In this document: positions 9,401-19,553 of the stretch, piece after piece | Layout of the letters: each line of letters starts with the position of its first letter | Position numbering within the stretch: the first letter of the stretch is position 1 | From: Owenia fusiformis | Taxonomy: Eukaryota | Assembly (NCBI GenBank): GCA_903813345.2 | Contig: CAIIXF020000001.1 | Location: 14,818,001-14,882,000 of the forward strand | Direction of reading: 5' to 3' | Length of the DNA: 64,000 nucleotides | The notes under the pieces: model-generated | Seen by the model: the letters and a program-made list of their open reading frames with translations, nothing else | Database searches by the model: none | Told to the model about the DNA's origin: nothing | Position numbers and translations under genes: made by a program

Positions 9401-10288
9401 GAACTTGCTATGTGCAACACTTGGGCAAAGCTTACAAAGAACCAAAATGTCCAAAAAATATTGAAGAATGTAAGAGTCAATGGAGAGACAATTGTACTAC
9501 AAGATATGTTTCATCAGTCAAATAGAATTCTGAATCAAGAGGAATTCAATGAAAAGTTCAATACAAACATTAATTTTCTTGATTATTTGAGTCTCAGAAA
9601 TACAATTCCTAATCAGTGGTTGAGCGATATTAAGAAAAACGGCGATAGTTTAAATAACTTTGAAAGACAAAAACAACACATAAAAAAGTTCATGGGCCAA
9701 AGTAAGATAAGTAAAATTATATATTGGGAACTTATAAAAAGTGAAGAGACAAACATAAAGTACATCACTGGTTGGAATAAAGATCTGAATCTGTTACTTA
9801 ACAAAGAAGATTGGAAAATGATCAATAGAATCAATAAAGTCAGCAATTTTGAACCAAAATTAGCTTCTTTCAATTTTAAAATTCTTCATAGATTTTTGGC
9901 CACCAACACATACTTGAAAATGTGTGGATTAGCAGAATCAGATCTGTGTACTTTTTGTAAAGTAGAACCAGAGTCAATTTGTCATCTCCTCTATGAGTGT
10001 AAAGTGATAATGGAACTCATAGTAGTCATTAAAAACTGGTTACCAGAGGAATTGACAGGACTTTGTACAAAACAGAATATTTTAATAGGACCAGTATGTA
10101 TAAATGATAGAACAATTATCCTGACAAATATGTGGAGTATATTTAAAAGATATGTGTACCTATGCAAATACTCAATGTTAAGACCTACCTTTAAAGGATT
10201 TAAAGCAAATGTAATATCTTATTGTAATATTGATAAGCAAATAGGCAGAGAAAAAAGGTGGGAAATTATGGGTACTAGATTAGATTAG
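6488..10288 (+). CDS. Retrotransposon ORF2p (~1270 aa): APE endonuclease + reverse transcriptase + C-terminal CCHC (zf-RVT-like)
   Basis: EN motifs NCQGL, CLQDIH, LYGPN, GDWN, RLDFIL, SDH; GFWKFNSSLL; RT motifs KSPGSDG, NWRPISLLNADYK, DFEKAFDS, GCRQGDALS, YADD (8630-8641), LNIEKT, KLLGI; CTFC-x8-H-x4-C. The frame is open from 6461 but has no ATG ahead of the EN domain. Confidence 0.97.
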   Translation: MNCQGLCDPTKRVDVFNYLKQKQMDIICLQDIHSSKETETAFEKDWGNKAFISSYKTNSRGVGIFIRENLDYKIYSTDIDVKGNFVILDIEIEGRRFSLVSLYGPNTDSPSFYSELKSKLETIENASMLLMGDWNLVLDTDLDTLNYKHINNPNSRKKVLELCEQLELYDIWRELNPEEKKFTWVRKKPRQMARLDFILGTEDFINLTRSCRISPSYRSDHCLTLLTIENNLPERGKGFWKFNSSLLKDPVYISLVKETIQNIKTQYEIKADISKSETTADLSINDQLFFEMLKLEIRGQTIKYSSQKKKSREKIQRDLEYKLLVKEKEIDNLINKEKFQNGIFEKDIEEKYDELEKIKSEMKEYREHYVKGLMTRAKLEWYEFGERATKYFSGLEKRNYVNKLICQVEVDGELITDPKLILLEQKKFYENLYKSKIQNNEENNDFFLKNNNAIKTLSEEQKQSCEGLLTEKELKFELKSAKNGKSPGSDGFNVDFYKFFYPDIGKYLLKSLNAAYTLGELSVTQKQGIITCLPKVNKIRKYFKNWRPISLLNADYKLLSSALATRMKSVLPHIISIDQKAYLTGREMSENTRLVYDVIDHLNRKGHRGLLLLADFEKAFDSIEWVYLEKCLKKFNFGDGFLKWFKILYNESESCVINNGFFSSFFKLKRGCRQGDALSCYAFILALEPLCLKLKNDKDVEGIKVYNEEVQMGMYADDTFVFLDGTAKSLRRCLCIFDMFYETSGLKLNIEKTSAIWLGSKQGSKEILCQEIPLKWETNFKLLGIHLSSDLKDVESLNFENKITEMQNVISRYKRRNLSLMGKITVLKSFVLPKVVHLFLVLPKLSNPCQTRIKQLFTSFIWNSTVAKVSFSQIVQDFDDGGLKMIDPKIFEHSLKLTWLQKLQKSGTWQDIALNILNVNSKRELFAYDSKSLKKIEENISNKFWKDLVYTFRIYTEQKEKEAKNDSKLSAELAMCNTWAKLTKNQNVQKILKNVRVNGETIVLQDMFHQSNRILNQEEFNEKFNTNINFLDYLSLRNTIPNQWLSDIKKNGDSLNNFERQKQHIKKFMGQSKISKIIYWELIKSEETNIKYITGWNKDLNLLLNKEDWKMINRINKVSNFEPKLASFNFKILHRFLATNTYLKMCGLAESDLCTFCKVEPESICHLLYECKVIMELIVVIKNWLPEELTGLCTKQNILIGPVCINDRTIILTNMWSIFKRYVYLCKYSMLRPTFKGFKANVISYCNIDKQIGREKRWEIMGTRLD

Positions 10289-10411
10289 ACTAGTGTGGTT
10301 AGATGCCTTAAAAAAGAATATGATGGAAAATTGTGTGATTTCTATGATATTATGAATATTGTATATGTTAATGTAACTGCTTTCAAATGTTTTCTATGAA
10401 TAAAAAAGGAA

Positions 10412-10442
<31 letters not shown>

Positions 10443-10704
10443 ATATGGATAGCACAGATGTCCTTCAGTTGGGAATAACAGTGCAGTGGGCTAGGGGGGT
10501 GTTTACCCAAATTCTCAACCTGACTTAGGGCCTGGGGTAGGACACATGAAAAAGTGTATATATCAGTCATAAAAATGTTACTATGAGCGGTAATAGAAGG
10601 CAGTTACAAGATAGGGAATGAATGGAAGTCTAATAAAGATCGTAGTCTTAATTTTTCAAATTGAAAAAAATTCACAAAAAGTTTCAATCACAAAAATTGG
10701 AAAC

Positions 10705-10866
10705 CTGCAGCGTATTTCAATGTCGTGGTGCACAACCTACATAGGGTAGACGTATTCTCATCGTAGAAACCGAGTACTTCCAAGCATCAAACTTCGGCAT
10801 TGCGGGGAAAGGCTCTATTATGGTTTTACTAGCTCTTTGCCTAAGACTTCGAAAACTGTCCGCCAT
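10705..10866 (-). pseudogene. hAT transposase remnant, first exon (first half of BED zinc finger), one frameshift
   Basis: ATG at 10866: MADSFRSLRQRASKTIIEPFPAMPKFDAWKY. Restoring one T gives (F)GFYDENTSTLCRLCTTTLKYAA(G), i.e. WKYF...CxxC...KY, ending at donor CAG|GTTT (10704). Confidence 0.72.
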
Positions 10867-11424
10867 TTTTAAAACACAAGAGTTCCCGCGCAAAATTAAT
10901 TCACGCTCGCAAATAGAATTATGTTCCCTCGAGACGTGGAAGCACAATGAAATATCCAAGGAGACGATTTTGTTACCGTATGGATCGTTTAAAGTTGTTC
11001 AATTGTCGTTTAAATGGTACTTTCATTCGCTATTTAGATGAAATAGAGCTATAATTATTTGCGCAAAACATTGGTATTCATGTTACACTGTACGAAAATA
11101 GAGTATTTCCCCGGGAATGATGCAACCGTTCTGGACTCGGTTCTTGGTGATCAGACGGTCCCAGTAGAACCGTGAGGTCAAAAACCGTGGTTAATCGAAC
11201 AGAACCGTAACCGACCCTTCTCTAGTATTAACCCTAGACGTGTGCTGAGTGAGTTTACTCGCTGTGACGTCACATTCCATGTAGACGATCAGCGAATTTA
11301 CTCCTCACTTGATTATGTTGAAATTGTTTGCAAAAAGTCAGAAGTCATTACCTTAATTAATTTGCTGCTATTATGTCACCACCAAAAGTGGTGACATATT
11401 GTTATGGTCTCCGTTTTTTGCGAC

Positions 11425-11486
11425 GGCGGTTGGCGTCCGGCGGTTGGCGTCCGGTGGTTGGCGTCCGGCGGTTGGCGTCCGGCGTC
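11425..11486 (+). repeat. 14-bp tandem repeat (GGCGGTTGGCGTCC) x ~4.5
   Basis: Directly visible tandem copies. Confidence 0.9.
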
Positions 11487-11539
11487 TGTAACAATTTCTT
11501 ACAACTTCCTATAACTTAACAAATACTGTTTAGACTGAC

Positions 11540-12730
11540 TTCAATTTTTTTCTAAATCATCTACATGTTCTCAGAAGTTCAAATCTGACTTTAGATTTGA
11601 CATTTGACCTTCAATGACCTTCTCAAGGTCAAAAAGGTCTTTTTTCAACTTGCTTCACATTGACTAAATTTTTTTTCAAAATCATCTACATGTTCTCAGA
11701 AATTCAAATCTGACTTTAGATTTGACTTTAGATTTGACATTTGAGCTTCAAATCTGACTTTATATTTGACATTTCACCTTCAATGAAAAGGTCTGTTTTC
11801 AACTTGCTTCAAATTGACTAAATTTTTTTTTCAAAATCATCTAAGTGTTCTCAGGAATTCAAATCTGACTTTGGATTTGACTTAAGATTTGACATTTGAC
11901 CCCCAATGACCTTCTCAAAGTCAAAAAAGGTCAAAAAGGTCTTTTTTCAACTTGCTTCAAATTGACTAAATTTTTTTTTCAAAATCATCTACATGTTCTC
12001 AGAAATTCAAATCTGACTTGAGATTTGACATTTGACCTTCAATGACCTTCTCAATGTCAAAAAAGGTCAAAAAGGTATTTTTTTATCTTGCTTCAAATTG
12101 ACTAAATTTTTTTTCAAAATCATCTACATGTTCTCAGAAATTCAAATATGACTTTAGATTTGACATTTGACCTTCAATGACCTTCTCAAGGTCAAAAAAG
12201 GTCAAAAAGGTCTTTTTTCAACTTGCTTCAAATTGACTAATTTTTTTTTTCAAAATCATCTACATGTTCTCAGAAATTCAAATCTGACTTAAGATTTGAC
12301 ATTTGACCTTTAATGACCTTCTCAAGGTCAAAAAAGGTCAAAAAGGTCTTTATTCAACTTGCTTCAAATTGACTAATTTTTTTTTTCAAAATCATCTACA
12401 TGTTCTCAGAAGTTCAAATCTGACTTTAGATTTGACATTTGACCTTCAATGACCTTTTCAAGGTCAAAAAGGTCTTTTTTCAACTTGCTTCAAATTTACT
12501 TAATTTTTTTTCAAAATCATCTACATGTTCTCAGAAGTTCAAATCTGACTTTACATTTGACCTTCAATGACCTTCTCAATGTCAAAAAAAGTCAAAGAGG
12601 TATTTTTTCAACTTGCTTCAAATTGAAGAATTTTTTTTTCAAAATCATCTACATGTTCTAAGAAGTTCAAATCAAACCTTCTTAAGGTCAAAAGGTATTT
12701 TCCAACTTGCTTTAAATTGACCAAATTGTT
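11540..12730 (+). repeat. Satellite array, ~136-bp unit, ~9 copies
   Basis: AAAATCATCTACATGTTCTCAG recurs at 11981, 12116, 12252 and 12388 (spacing 135-136), with more degenerate copies on both sides; units are rich in TGACCTT/AAGGTCA. Confidence 0.92.
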
Positions 12731-12947
12731 TTAGGTGGTGACATTTTGTCATGTTAATGCCTTGTTCTTCAATTGTGATGGTTTTGATAGTTGATGGTGT
12801 TGTTAACATTCACACAACATAATATTTTAACAAAAGTTAAATAGACACAATAATTAATGAAACAAAAGTATTTTTGAACTTTATATTTCAAAAATATTGA
12901 CCGGAAGTGAACATTTTTTTTTATTTTTTGGATTAAATTGAAGAATA

Positions 12948-13432
12948 CTGTAGATTGGGTTAATTTGGCACTACTTAATTTGGTGATTTTGCCATTTTTG
13001 GCATATTGGCGGCTATTTAATTTGGCGGATATGCAAAAAAAATTTAATTAACTTATGCGTTGTTTGCGAATTTTATGTTAATTTTTTCTTTTGAGGACCA
13101 CTGGCAATATTCACCACGTTTGTACATTTTTGTGAGATCATCCTTTACATTTTGCACCTCGATTGATGCTGCTACTATACTGCACTTTTCCTTTCTAGTT
13201 TTTCCCTGAGTATTAATAAGTGACTGACCAGTTCTGAGCCAATTTATGAGAGACATTTTTTCATATTTTTGGAAAAAACTAAACCGGAAGTGACCTAAAT
13301 ACACTCGACGAAATACCCTAGATAATTCCCGGGGATTCATTCTAAATTTTGGCGAAGATTTATATTGGCGAATTTTTCAATTTCGCCAAATTCGCCAAAT
13401 TAAAGCGGGTGCCAAATTAACCCAATCTACAG
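12948..13432. mobile_element. TA-TSD MITE (Tc1/mariner superfamily-like)
   Basis: Perfect 24-bp TIRs CTGTAGATTGGGTTAATTTGGCAC / GTGCCAAATTAACCCAATCTACAG; TA on both flanks; subterminal TTTGGCG/CGCCAAA repeats. Confidence 0.85.
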
Positions 13433-13596
13433 TACTCATCAAACATGAGGAAATTGATCACAATGTATGATCAGGTGATGATATAGTTTAGTTTAGTTTA
13501 TTTATTATTATTTATTTATAGTGGCCAATCTTATAATTCAATATAATATAAAAAAAATTAATGACAATTTTACCCAGGCTATGCTCTGTTTGTTAG

Positions 13597-13762
13597 GTTC
13601 CTGAAATCAGCTGGAGGCTACAATGACTGGCCCAAGTCTCGTGGAATCTACCACAATGACAACAAGACATTCTTGGTGTGGTGTAATGAGGAAGACCACA
13701 TCAGGATTATCTCCATGCAGATGGGAGGCAACTTGGGAGAGGTTTACAGTAGACTGGTAGCT
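13597..13762 (+). CDS. AK: Arginine kinase exon (NEEDH catalytic motif)
   Basis: ttgttAG acceptor, phase 2; (R)[55 protein letters not shown]; donor GCT|GTAAGT. Translated by hand. Confidence 0.97.
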
Positions 13763-14241
13763 GTAAGTAACCATCTCATAATAGGAACTGTATGCTCAGT
13801 GTCTTCAATATAGTCAATATTCTTACATTCTTTCATTATCTAGATTTGATATCCAAATATCACTTTGAAGCTAGGCTTAATATCATCATTTTTACAAGAG
13901 TAATATTTATGTTAGATAAATATTCACCATTGAGTGGGCGATTATGTAGCATCATTGTCTGTCTGTCTGTCTTTCCATCTGTCAGGGGTGTAACTTATAT
14001 AATAGTGTACTAATAGTGTATAATAGTGTGTAGTTTTCTTCAAATAGATGAATAATGATAAAATAAGAATAGAAGTTACAAATTGTAGATGATATGACAG
14101 ATGCTATTGATAAGAGCCTAACATATTTGCTTTCTTTTATTTTATTTATCATATTGCATTGTATTTATTAATTCATAAAAATGACATACATATATCCTAG
14201 TAGTAATAAGTTGGTATTGTAAATTGCATTTTTAATCCCAG

Positions 14242-14422
14242 GGAATCAAACACATGGAGAGCAAGACCAAGTTTGCTACCAACCCCAGACTGGGCTATCT
14301 AACATTCTGTCCCACCAACCTTGGAACTACATTGAGGGCCAGTGTCCATGTTAAGATCCCACTCTTTTCACAGCACAAGGACTTCAATAAGATGTGTGCC
14401 AGTTGGAATCTACAACCAAGAG
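14242..14422 (+). CDS. AK: Arginine kinase exon (CPTNLGT signature)
   Basis: cccAG acceptor, phase 0; GIKHMESKTKFATNPRLGYLTFCPTNLGTTLRASVHVKIP...NLQPR(G); donor G|GTACAA, phase 1. Confidence 0.96.
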
Positions 14423-14713
14423 GTACAATGCATTTATAAACATCTGTAGTTGTTTTGTTCTATAACTTAGCCTGCTGGGAAACTCAACATTGTTAAAGTT
14501 CTGTCGATTCTATAAATACAGAAGACATTTTTTAAGAAAAAAGACACAGATGAATATTGTAAGCTTGGAAACTTGAAGGTTTTGAAACAAACTAAATGCT
14601 CTAGGTTGCAATATAAGAGAGATGTTTAACTACTAGTATCTATTACTTTATAGATTTCATTCCACTTTTAGTGATAATCTGATTAGATGTTGTTGCACTA
14701 ATGTTTGTTTTAG

Positions 14714-14907
14714 GTATCCATGGTGAACACACAGAGTCAGTAGGTGGAGTTTATGACATCTCCAACAAGAGACGTCTTGGTCTCACAGAGTACCAGGCTG
14801 TCAAAGAAATGGCTGATGGCGTCATGAAAGTCATTGAAATGGAGAAAAAATTGGAAAGTGGTGAAAAGGTGGGCGAGAAAAAATCAAGTTCCTGTGTCCT
14901 GATTTAA
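14714..14907 (+). CDS. AK: Arginine kinase last exon, CaaX-ending form
   Basis: ttttAG acceptor, phase 1; [64 protein letters not shown]. Confidence 0.95.
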
Positions 14908-16554
14908 ATCCCTGTAGGGCTAGTATTAGTGGGTCTGAGAGACAGATTCATCAATTATAGACAACAAGTCAATGAATTTCAATGGAGATTTGGGATTTGA
15001 GACTGAAAGGGGAGCCCAGGAAATTGAAATGATCATCACTGGGAAATATGCTGATAAGGTTTAAAGACTCAGACTAACTATGCTTGGGTCCCAACTGTGC
15101 TGCATGTAATTCACATAACCCACCTGTAGTCTACACCCATCATTGAGCCTGTATTCAAGTTATGAAATGCTTAAATCAATGCAATCTTTTGTACTGAAGA
15201 ATTACATTTAATTGTCTATATTTTCATGGTTATTTGTCTTATTTATTCCATATTACTCAAATGTCTTTGTTATATGCAGCACTGGTTCTGAACCCTTTGC
15301 AAAGTGGATGTGATTTTCCCCTAGCTTAGAAAGGCGTTGCTCTTCAAGTGTTGCATGAAACAATATGTTGCTGTGTGGTATTTGAAGATTTAAATCGTAG
15401 TGTAAATTATGCTTGCAATATATTCTATTATAATTGTATATAAGATATTTAAAAGATATTTACTCTGTATATATGGAGAGCAGCGCCTTTTTGACCAAAC
15501 CTTACTAACCTGATTTACCAGTAATTAATGCAATTTAATATCATGCCATGAAAATGGAAAAATCAAGGAATTATTTTATGTCAGTATAAACACAAAAATT
15601 GATTTTTCTTCTGCATGGTGGCAAAACTATAAGAGGTTTCATTTTGGAAATTATGTTTCATAGTTAGAAGTGATTTATGGTAAGGTTTGAATATACTATA
15701 TCATGTATATGGAAATCCATGGTAATTGGCACTTGCATCCTCGTGATCTCACCTGATAGCTTTACTATTACTTATTTAAAACCATTTTCTGTTGCTTGAA
15801 CCTTTACTTATATTTTCCAACACTTTGCCGAAAACTTCACTCTTGCCTCCAGCTTTTATAAAGCTGTTAATTTGCCAAATCTCATTATTTCTGCTCCTGA
15901 AATATTGCCAAATTTCATCATATTAGAAAATATTTATTAATGGGTGAAAATGATCTGAGGTTTTGACAAGACAATGTCTTCTCCAAGTTATTCAACTGTC
16001 AATGTACTTTTATGTAGAGGGACCACCACGATTTAGGCTCATTGTAAGCTTCATGATGCATGGATTGTGTGAATTTAAGTTTGTAAATAGATATACTCGT
16101 ATAGTTAATATAGCAAGTACTTGTACAATGGCATACCAAGTAGTTTCTTGTTTTGGGGCACACGTTTTTGCAAAATATATGTTGATATGCTTTGTTTTTG
16201 TACAGATTATATATTCTCAGATACTCTTTTGTAAATTTAATGCATGTTTTGAAAACTATTTTTTATCGCATAACGGACATTTTGTACTTACAACTTCTGA
16301 AAATCTTCTATATTTTCAATAATTTACTGTTTAAATCTTATTTTTTGTATTATGTTTCCCAAACTGCCCTGATTTGACTCTACCATGAGGCATACCTCTT
16401 ACACTTCAAATGATCTCAACTGATTGAAGCTAAACCTAATGTTGTCAAATGTTACGTCCTTATGTTTCCATTATGTTGCCAAGGTAGATACCCTGGTTAC
16501 CATAATGTTGCCATGGTTACCATGATGTTGAGAGGTTTACTCTTATCCTTGCAG

Positions 16555-16650
16555 GTCCAAAGTGGACTGTCCACCCCCATGCTCCTCCTGCTAGCAGGCA
16601 TTCCCACTGTAATAGTAATAGGCGTACTCATTAAGAAGTTCTGGTCATGA
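16555..16650 (+). CDS. AK: Probable alternative terminal exon of arginine kinase encoding a C-terminal transmembrane tail anchor
   Basis: Strong acceptor ctcttatccttgcAG; phase 0 gives VQSGLSTPMLLLLAGIPTVIVIGVLIKKFWS*; in frame with the internal donor AAG|GTGGGC after 14868. Confidence 0.6.
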   Translation, partial: VQSGLSTPMLLLLAGIPTVIVIGVLIKKFWS

Positions 16651-18690
16651 TCAAGACACTATAGACTTAGTCACATGACCATCACATGACCACACACAGT
16701 GACACCTATGTTTGAGAATGAGAATCACGTGATAAGCAGTTCAACACAATGACAATTTATGATCTGAATTAGACGACAGCTCAAAACCTGTAGTCACAGT
16801 CATATGTTAGTTTGATTGATTTTTTGAGTTTGGACACTGAAGTAGGAAATAGGTTTTTGCTTTGAGGATTTTGGGATTTGATTACACTTTTCGGCAAATG
16901 CAATTTGGAAAATCTAATCTAAATTCACCTGCATGTGTAATCTTGCATGACTTATTCATCTACATTTTCTCTCATCCTTTGTTGTTCTTCCAATTGCCTT
17001 TAACATGATGAGTGATTCATGAGCCATTGCTTTTCACCCTGATTGTTTAAGCCACTTTGTGTTCTGTATTGTTTGCATTTCTCTTTATTTTGCTTATTTC
17101 CCCATAAGGGACTCCTGACTGGTTTTGGTTTGTAATGTTAAACATATCTTTGTAACAAATGATCAAATGTTAAATGTTTTTCTTATTCTTAGTTAATTCT
17201 TGAATTTAATAATAGTTTCATTTTGATTCTTTGGCCTTGTAACTTAAATTCATGATGTGTTTGCAACTTTCAGATCTAATGCTGTAAGGTCACACCCATA
17301 CCTAAAGGAGTCTAAATGTCCCACAAAACTTGTTTACTAACATAGTTAAAGCACTAGGCCTATTTATTTATTACTTATTCAAAGTAGAAAATGAAAACAT
17401 TTTAAGGAAAGATGTTTGAACTTGTGACTTTTTCAATCTTACATTTCTGTATTCTCAGTAAATTCTACTTATCATATTGGGACTTGAAAGTATGAGAGCA
17501 ATTGTAGATGAAGTATTAGGAAAGTTGTGTAATGATATTGCCAAAAATGTAGATTTTGCCTGGTCAGGAATTAGGCCATAAAATTTTGAATTATTTATTA
17601 GTGATATTAAAATATTGTGCATGTGTATGTGTTTGAAAGAGCTCGGGGCAGTGCTATTGGGATCTGTTTATGGTGAGCTTGTGCAGTCTTGAGTGTGTAG
17701 CGATTAGTGTGTCTTGTATAAGATATATGCAGCATGCATTGTTTATATGCAGGGGATATATGTACTACAGCGTGCATGATTTATGTAGCATGCAGGGGAT
17801 CAACTTGATAGGTATTTCCTGAGAGACGATAGGACATTATCTAAGGTTTTTTTAACACACCATAAATGGATAATACAGAACTTGTCTATAAAATATGTTT
17901 GCTCCAGATGTAAGGCTGTAAGGTAACTTCCTAATACAGTAAACGTTTAGCCTTACATCTCGACATGTATCCAATATACCACTACACACCCTCCTGTCTG
18001 ACCATTTGTTCATAAATTGTGTGTCATACTTAAAAATGTACCAAATTGTTTGCACTGAACAATTTTTGTACTCCTCTATTATCATATCTGAATTTGATTA
18101 AACTTAAACACATATCACTGTATTATTGGTTTGTGGTGATATAAAATCATGTATTGAATTGCGTCTTGCATTATTTCCAAAATGTTTAATTTAGTGCCCT
18201 AACATCAGTATTAGTAGTGTACTCACTGGCGAGGTAAGCTTTGTAATAGTGAAATTTTATATTTATCTCCATACAGTTAGTCTAAATTATAGGTTTACAA
18301 TAATTGCCAAACACATGGGAAACCTAGTTACACCATTCTTATTTATTGTTTATTTAAAACTATAAAAACTCCAAAATATTGTGATAGTAAAATTAGTGAA
18401 CATGCCAAAGGTATGTCTTTAATTCCATAATATACAGAATGTAAAAACACTAAAGATGTCAATAAATGTATACTCCAGACAATTTGTTGCCTTTGAATTC
18501 CTCACCAAAGAGTTATTTTTATTATTTCCAATGCTATGTACATGTTTGAATTATTATATACTGTAGTAAGTGGCTTTCACAAGGGCCTTCATGTTTTGCT
18601 TTAACACTGTTTTGTGTGGGAAATAAACAATAGAAATCAAAAATGCATGGGTTTTGTTATAGTGTGTACGAATATACAATCTCTTATAGA

Positions 18691-19217
18691 TCACACCGGA
18701 ATAGCCTAACTACGGTAAATTCAGGCACGGTTGTCACAAATGGCGAACATTACCGTCGCTTCAATGGTTTAATGACTTGGTCCTCATTTCATGGGATTTT
18801 ATCGTCGCTAATTCTGTGCATGCATTAAGCTCTTGTGACAATATATCATATGAAATCCCATTTTCGATCAAATTGGGTCGTGAATCGCCACAACATAGCG
18901 TTTTCGATATTGTCAATGACAACGGAATCTGAATTTGAGTAATTTAGAAAGATAACGGCATATGGTAATTACAGTGTCCGTTGTCCCGTTTTTCATTTCG
19001 ATTGGTTAAATTAAGACTTTATTTCGATGGTAGAACATTATTAACTGTACAATGAGTATAAAGACACTTTGATTGATTGTTGTTCCAAATTAAAGGAATT
19101 TAGTCTAGGTGCTCTATTAAACATAAAGTTCATGAAAATATAATTGAAGCGACGGTTATGTCCGCCATTTGTGACAACGGTATCCAACTTTACCGTTGTC
19201 CGGCTATTCCGGGGTGA
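18691..19217. mobile_element. Old MITE-like element with ~75-bp diverged inverted termini
   Basis: 18691-18765 (TCACACCGGAATAGCC...TTGTCACAAATGGCG...ACCGTCGCTTCAAT) is the reverse complement of 19143-19217 at roughly 80% identity. No clear TSD. Confidence 0.7.
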
Positions 19218-19460
19218 GATGAAATACTGTTTCATTATTTGACTGTGCTCGACTGTACATACCAGCTTGTACATAGGATACCAATAATTGCATGCCCAAT
19301 TCAGGCCACTGGAGACATTTTATATATATTATTTATTATATTGGCCACAGAAGAATCCCAAGGTTCTGAACTTCATGTTGCATAATCCCATTCGGTGCCT
19401 ACACGCAGCAATAGCAAAAATGCAAGAATTATAAAAAAGATGGCGAACTAGTCTAGTCCG

Positions 19461-19553
19461 CTAGTCTAGCTACAAGCTTGTATGACCCCCCTCTACTTGA
19501 CTAAACACCTCACACAGTTGTGTTGTGCAAGGGCTTGTACATAGCGAGACTAG
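19461..19553. repeat. Short dispersed inverted-terminus repeat; related copy at ~25402-25490
   Basis: CTAGTCTAGCTACAAGC...GCTTGTACATAGCGAGACTAG; TAGTCTAGCTACAAGC...TGACC.CCCTCTAC recurs at ~25402. Confidence 0.5.

Larger units (their letters stand above)
3025..10440 (+). mobile_element. L1/Tx1-clade non-LTR retrotransposon, both ORFs present, recent insertion
   Basis: Perfect 11-bp TSD TTATATGGATA (3014-3024 and 10441-10451); two long uninterrupted ORFs; two AATAAA (10399, 10410) and a pure 28-nt poly(A) at 10413-10440. Confidence 0.93.
2522..11224 (-). mobile_element. Defective hAT (Ac/ZBED-like) DNA transposon, about 1.3 kb of its own sequence, split by the L1/Tx1 insertion
   Basis: About 29-bp TIRs TAGAGAAGGGTCGGTYACGGTTCKGTTCG at both ends (2 mismatches); perfect 8-bp TSD GTATTAAC (2514-2521 and 11225-11232); BED-finger transposase remnants on the minus strand. 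Confidence 0.9.
11371..12766 (+). mobile_element. Helentron-associated / DINE-1-like non-autonomous element carrying a satellite array
   Basis: 5' palindrome TATGTCACCAC-caaaa-GTGGTGACATA; short tandem (GGCGGTTGGCGTCC)n; internal ~136-bp repeats; 3' subterminal IR GGTGGTGACAT (12734-12744) followed by a weak stem-loop and TTGTT. Confidence 0.7.

Noticed and set aside
8287-9873. Antisense ORFs (66-155 aa) within ORF2, and similar ones within ORF1
   Set aside because: Shadow frames of the long sense ORFs; no recognisable motifs.
11228-11290. TTAACCCTAGACG... piggyBac-like left end
   Set aside because: No matching right TIR was found in the window.
11540-12730. Regularly spaced repeats that superficially resemble a CRISPR array
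   Set aside because: Whole units repeat with no unique spacers, the context is a eukaryotic intron and there are no cas genes.
15963-16377. 119-aa and 61-aa hydrophobic ORFs downstream of the kinase stop
   Set aside because: TTG starts, T-rich UTR/intron composition, no splice support and no homology.
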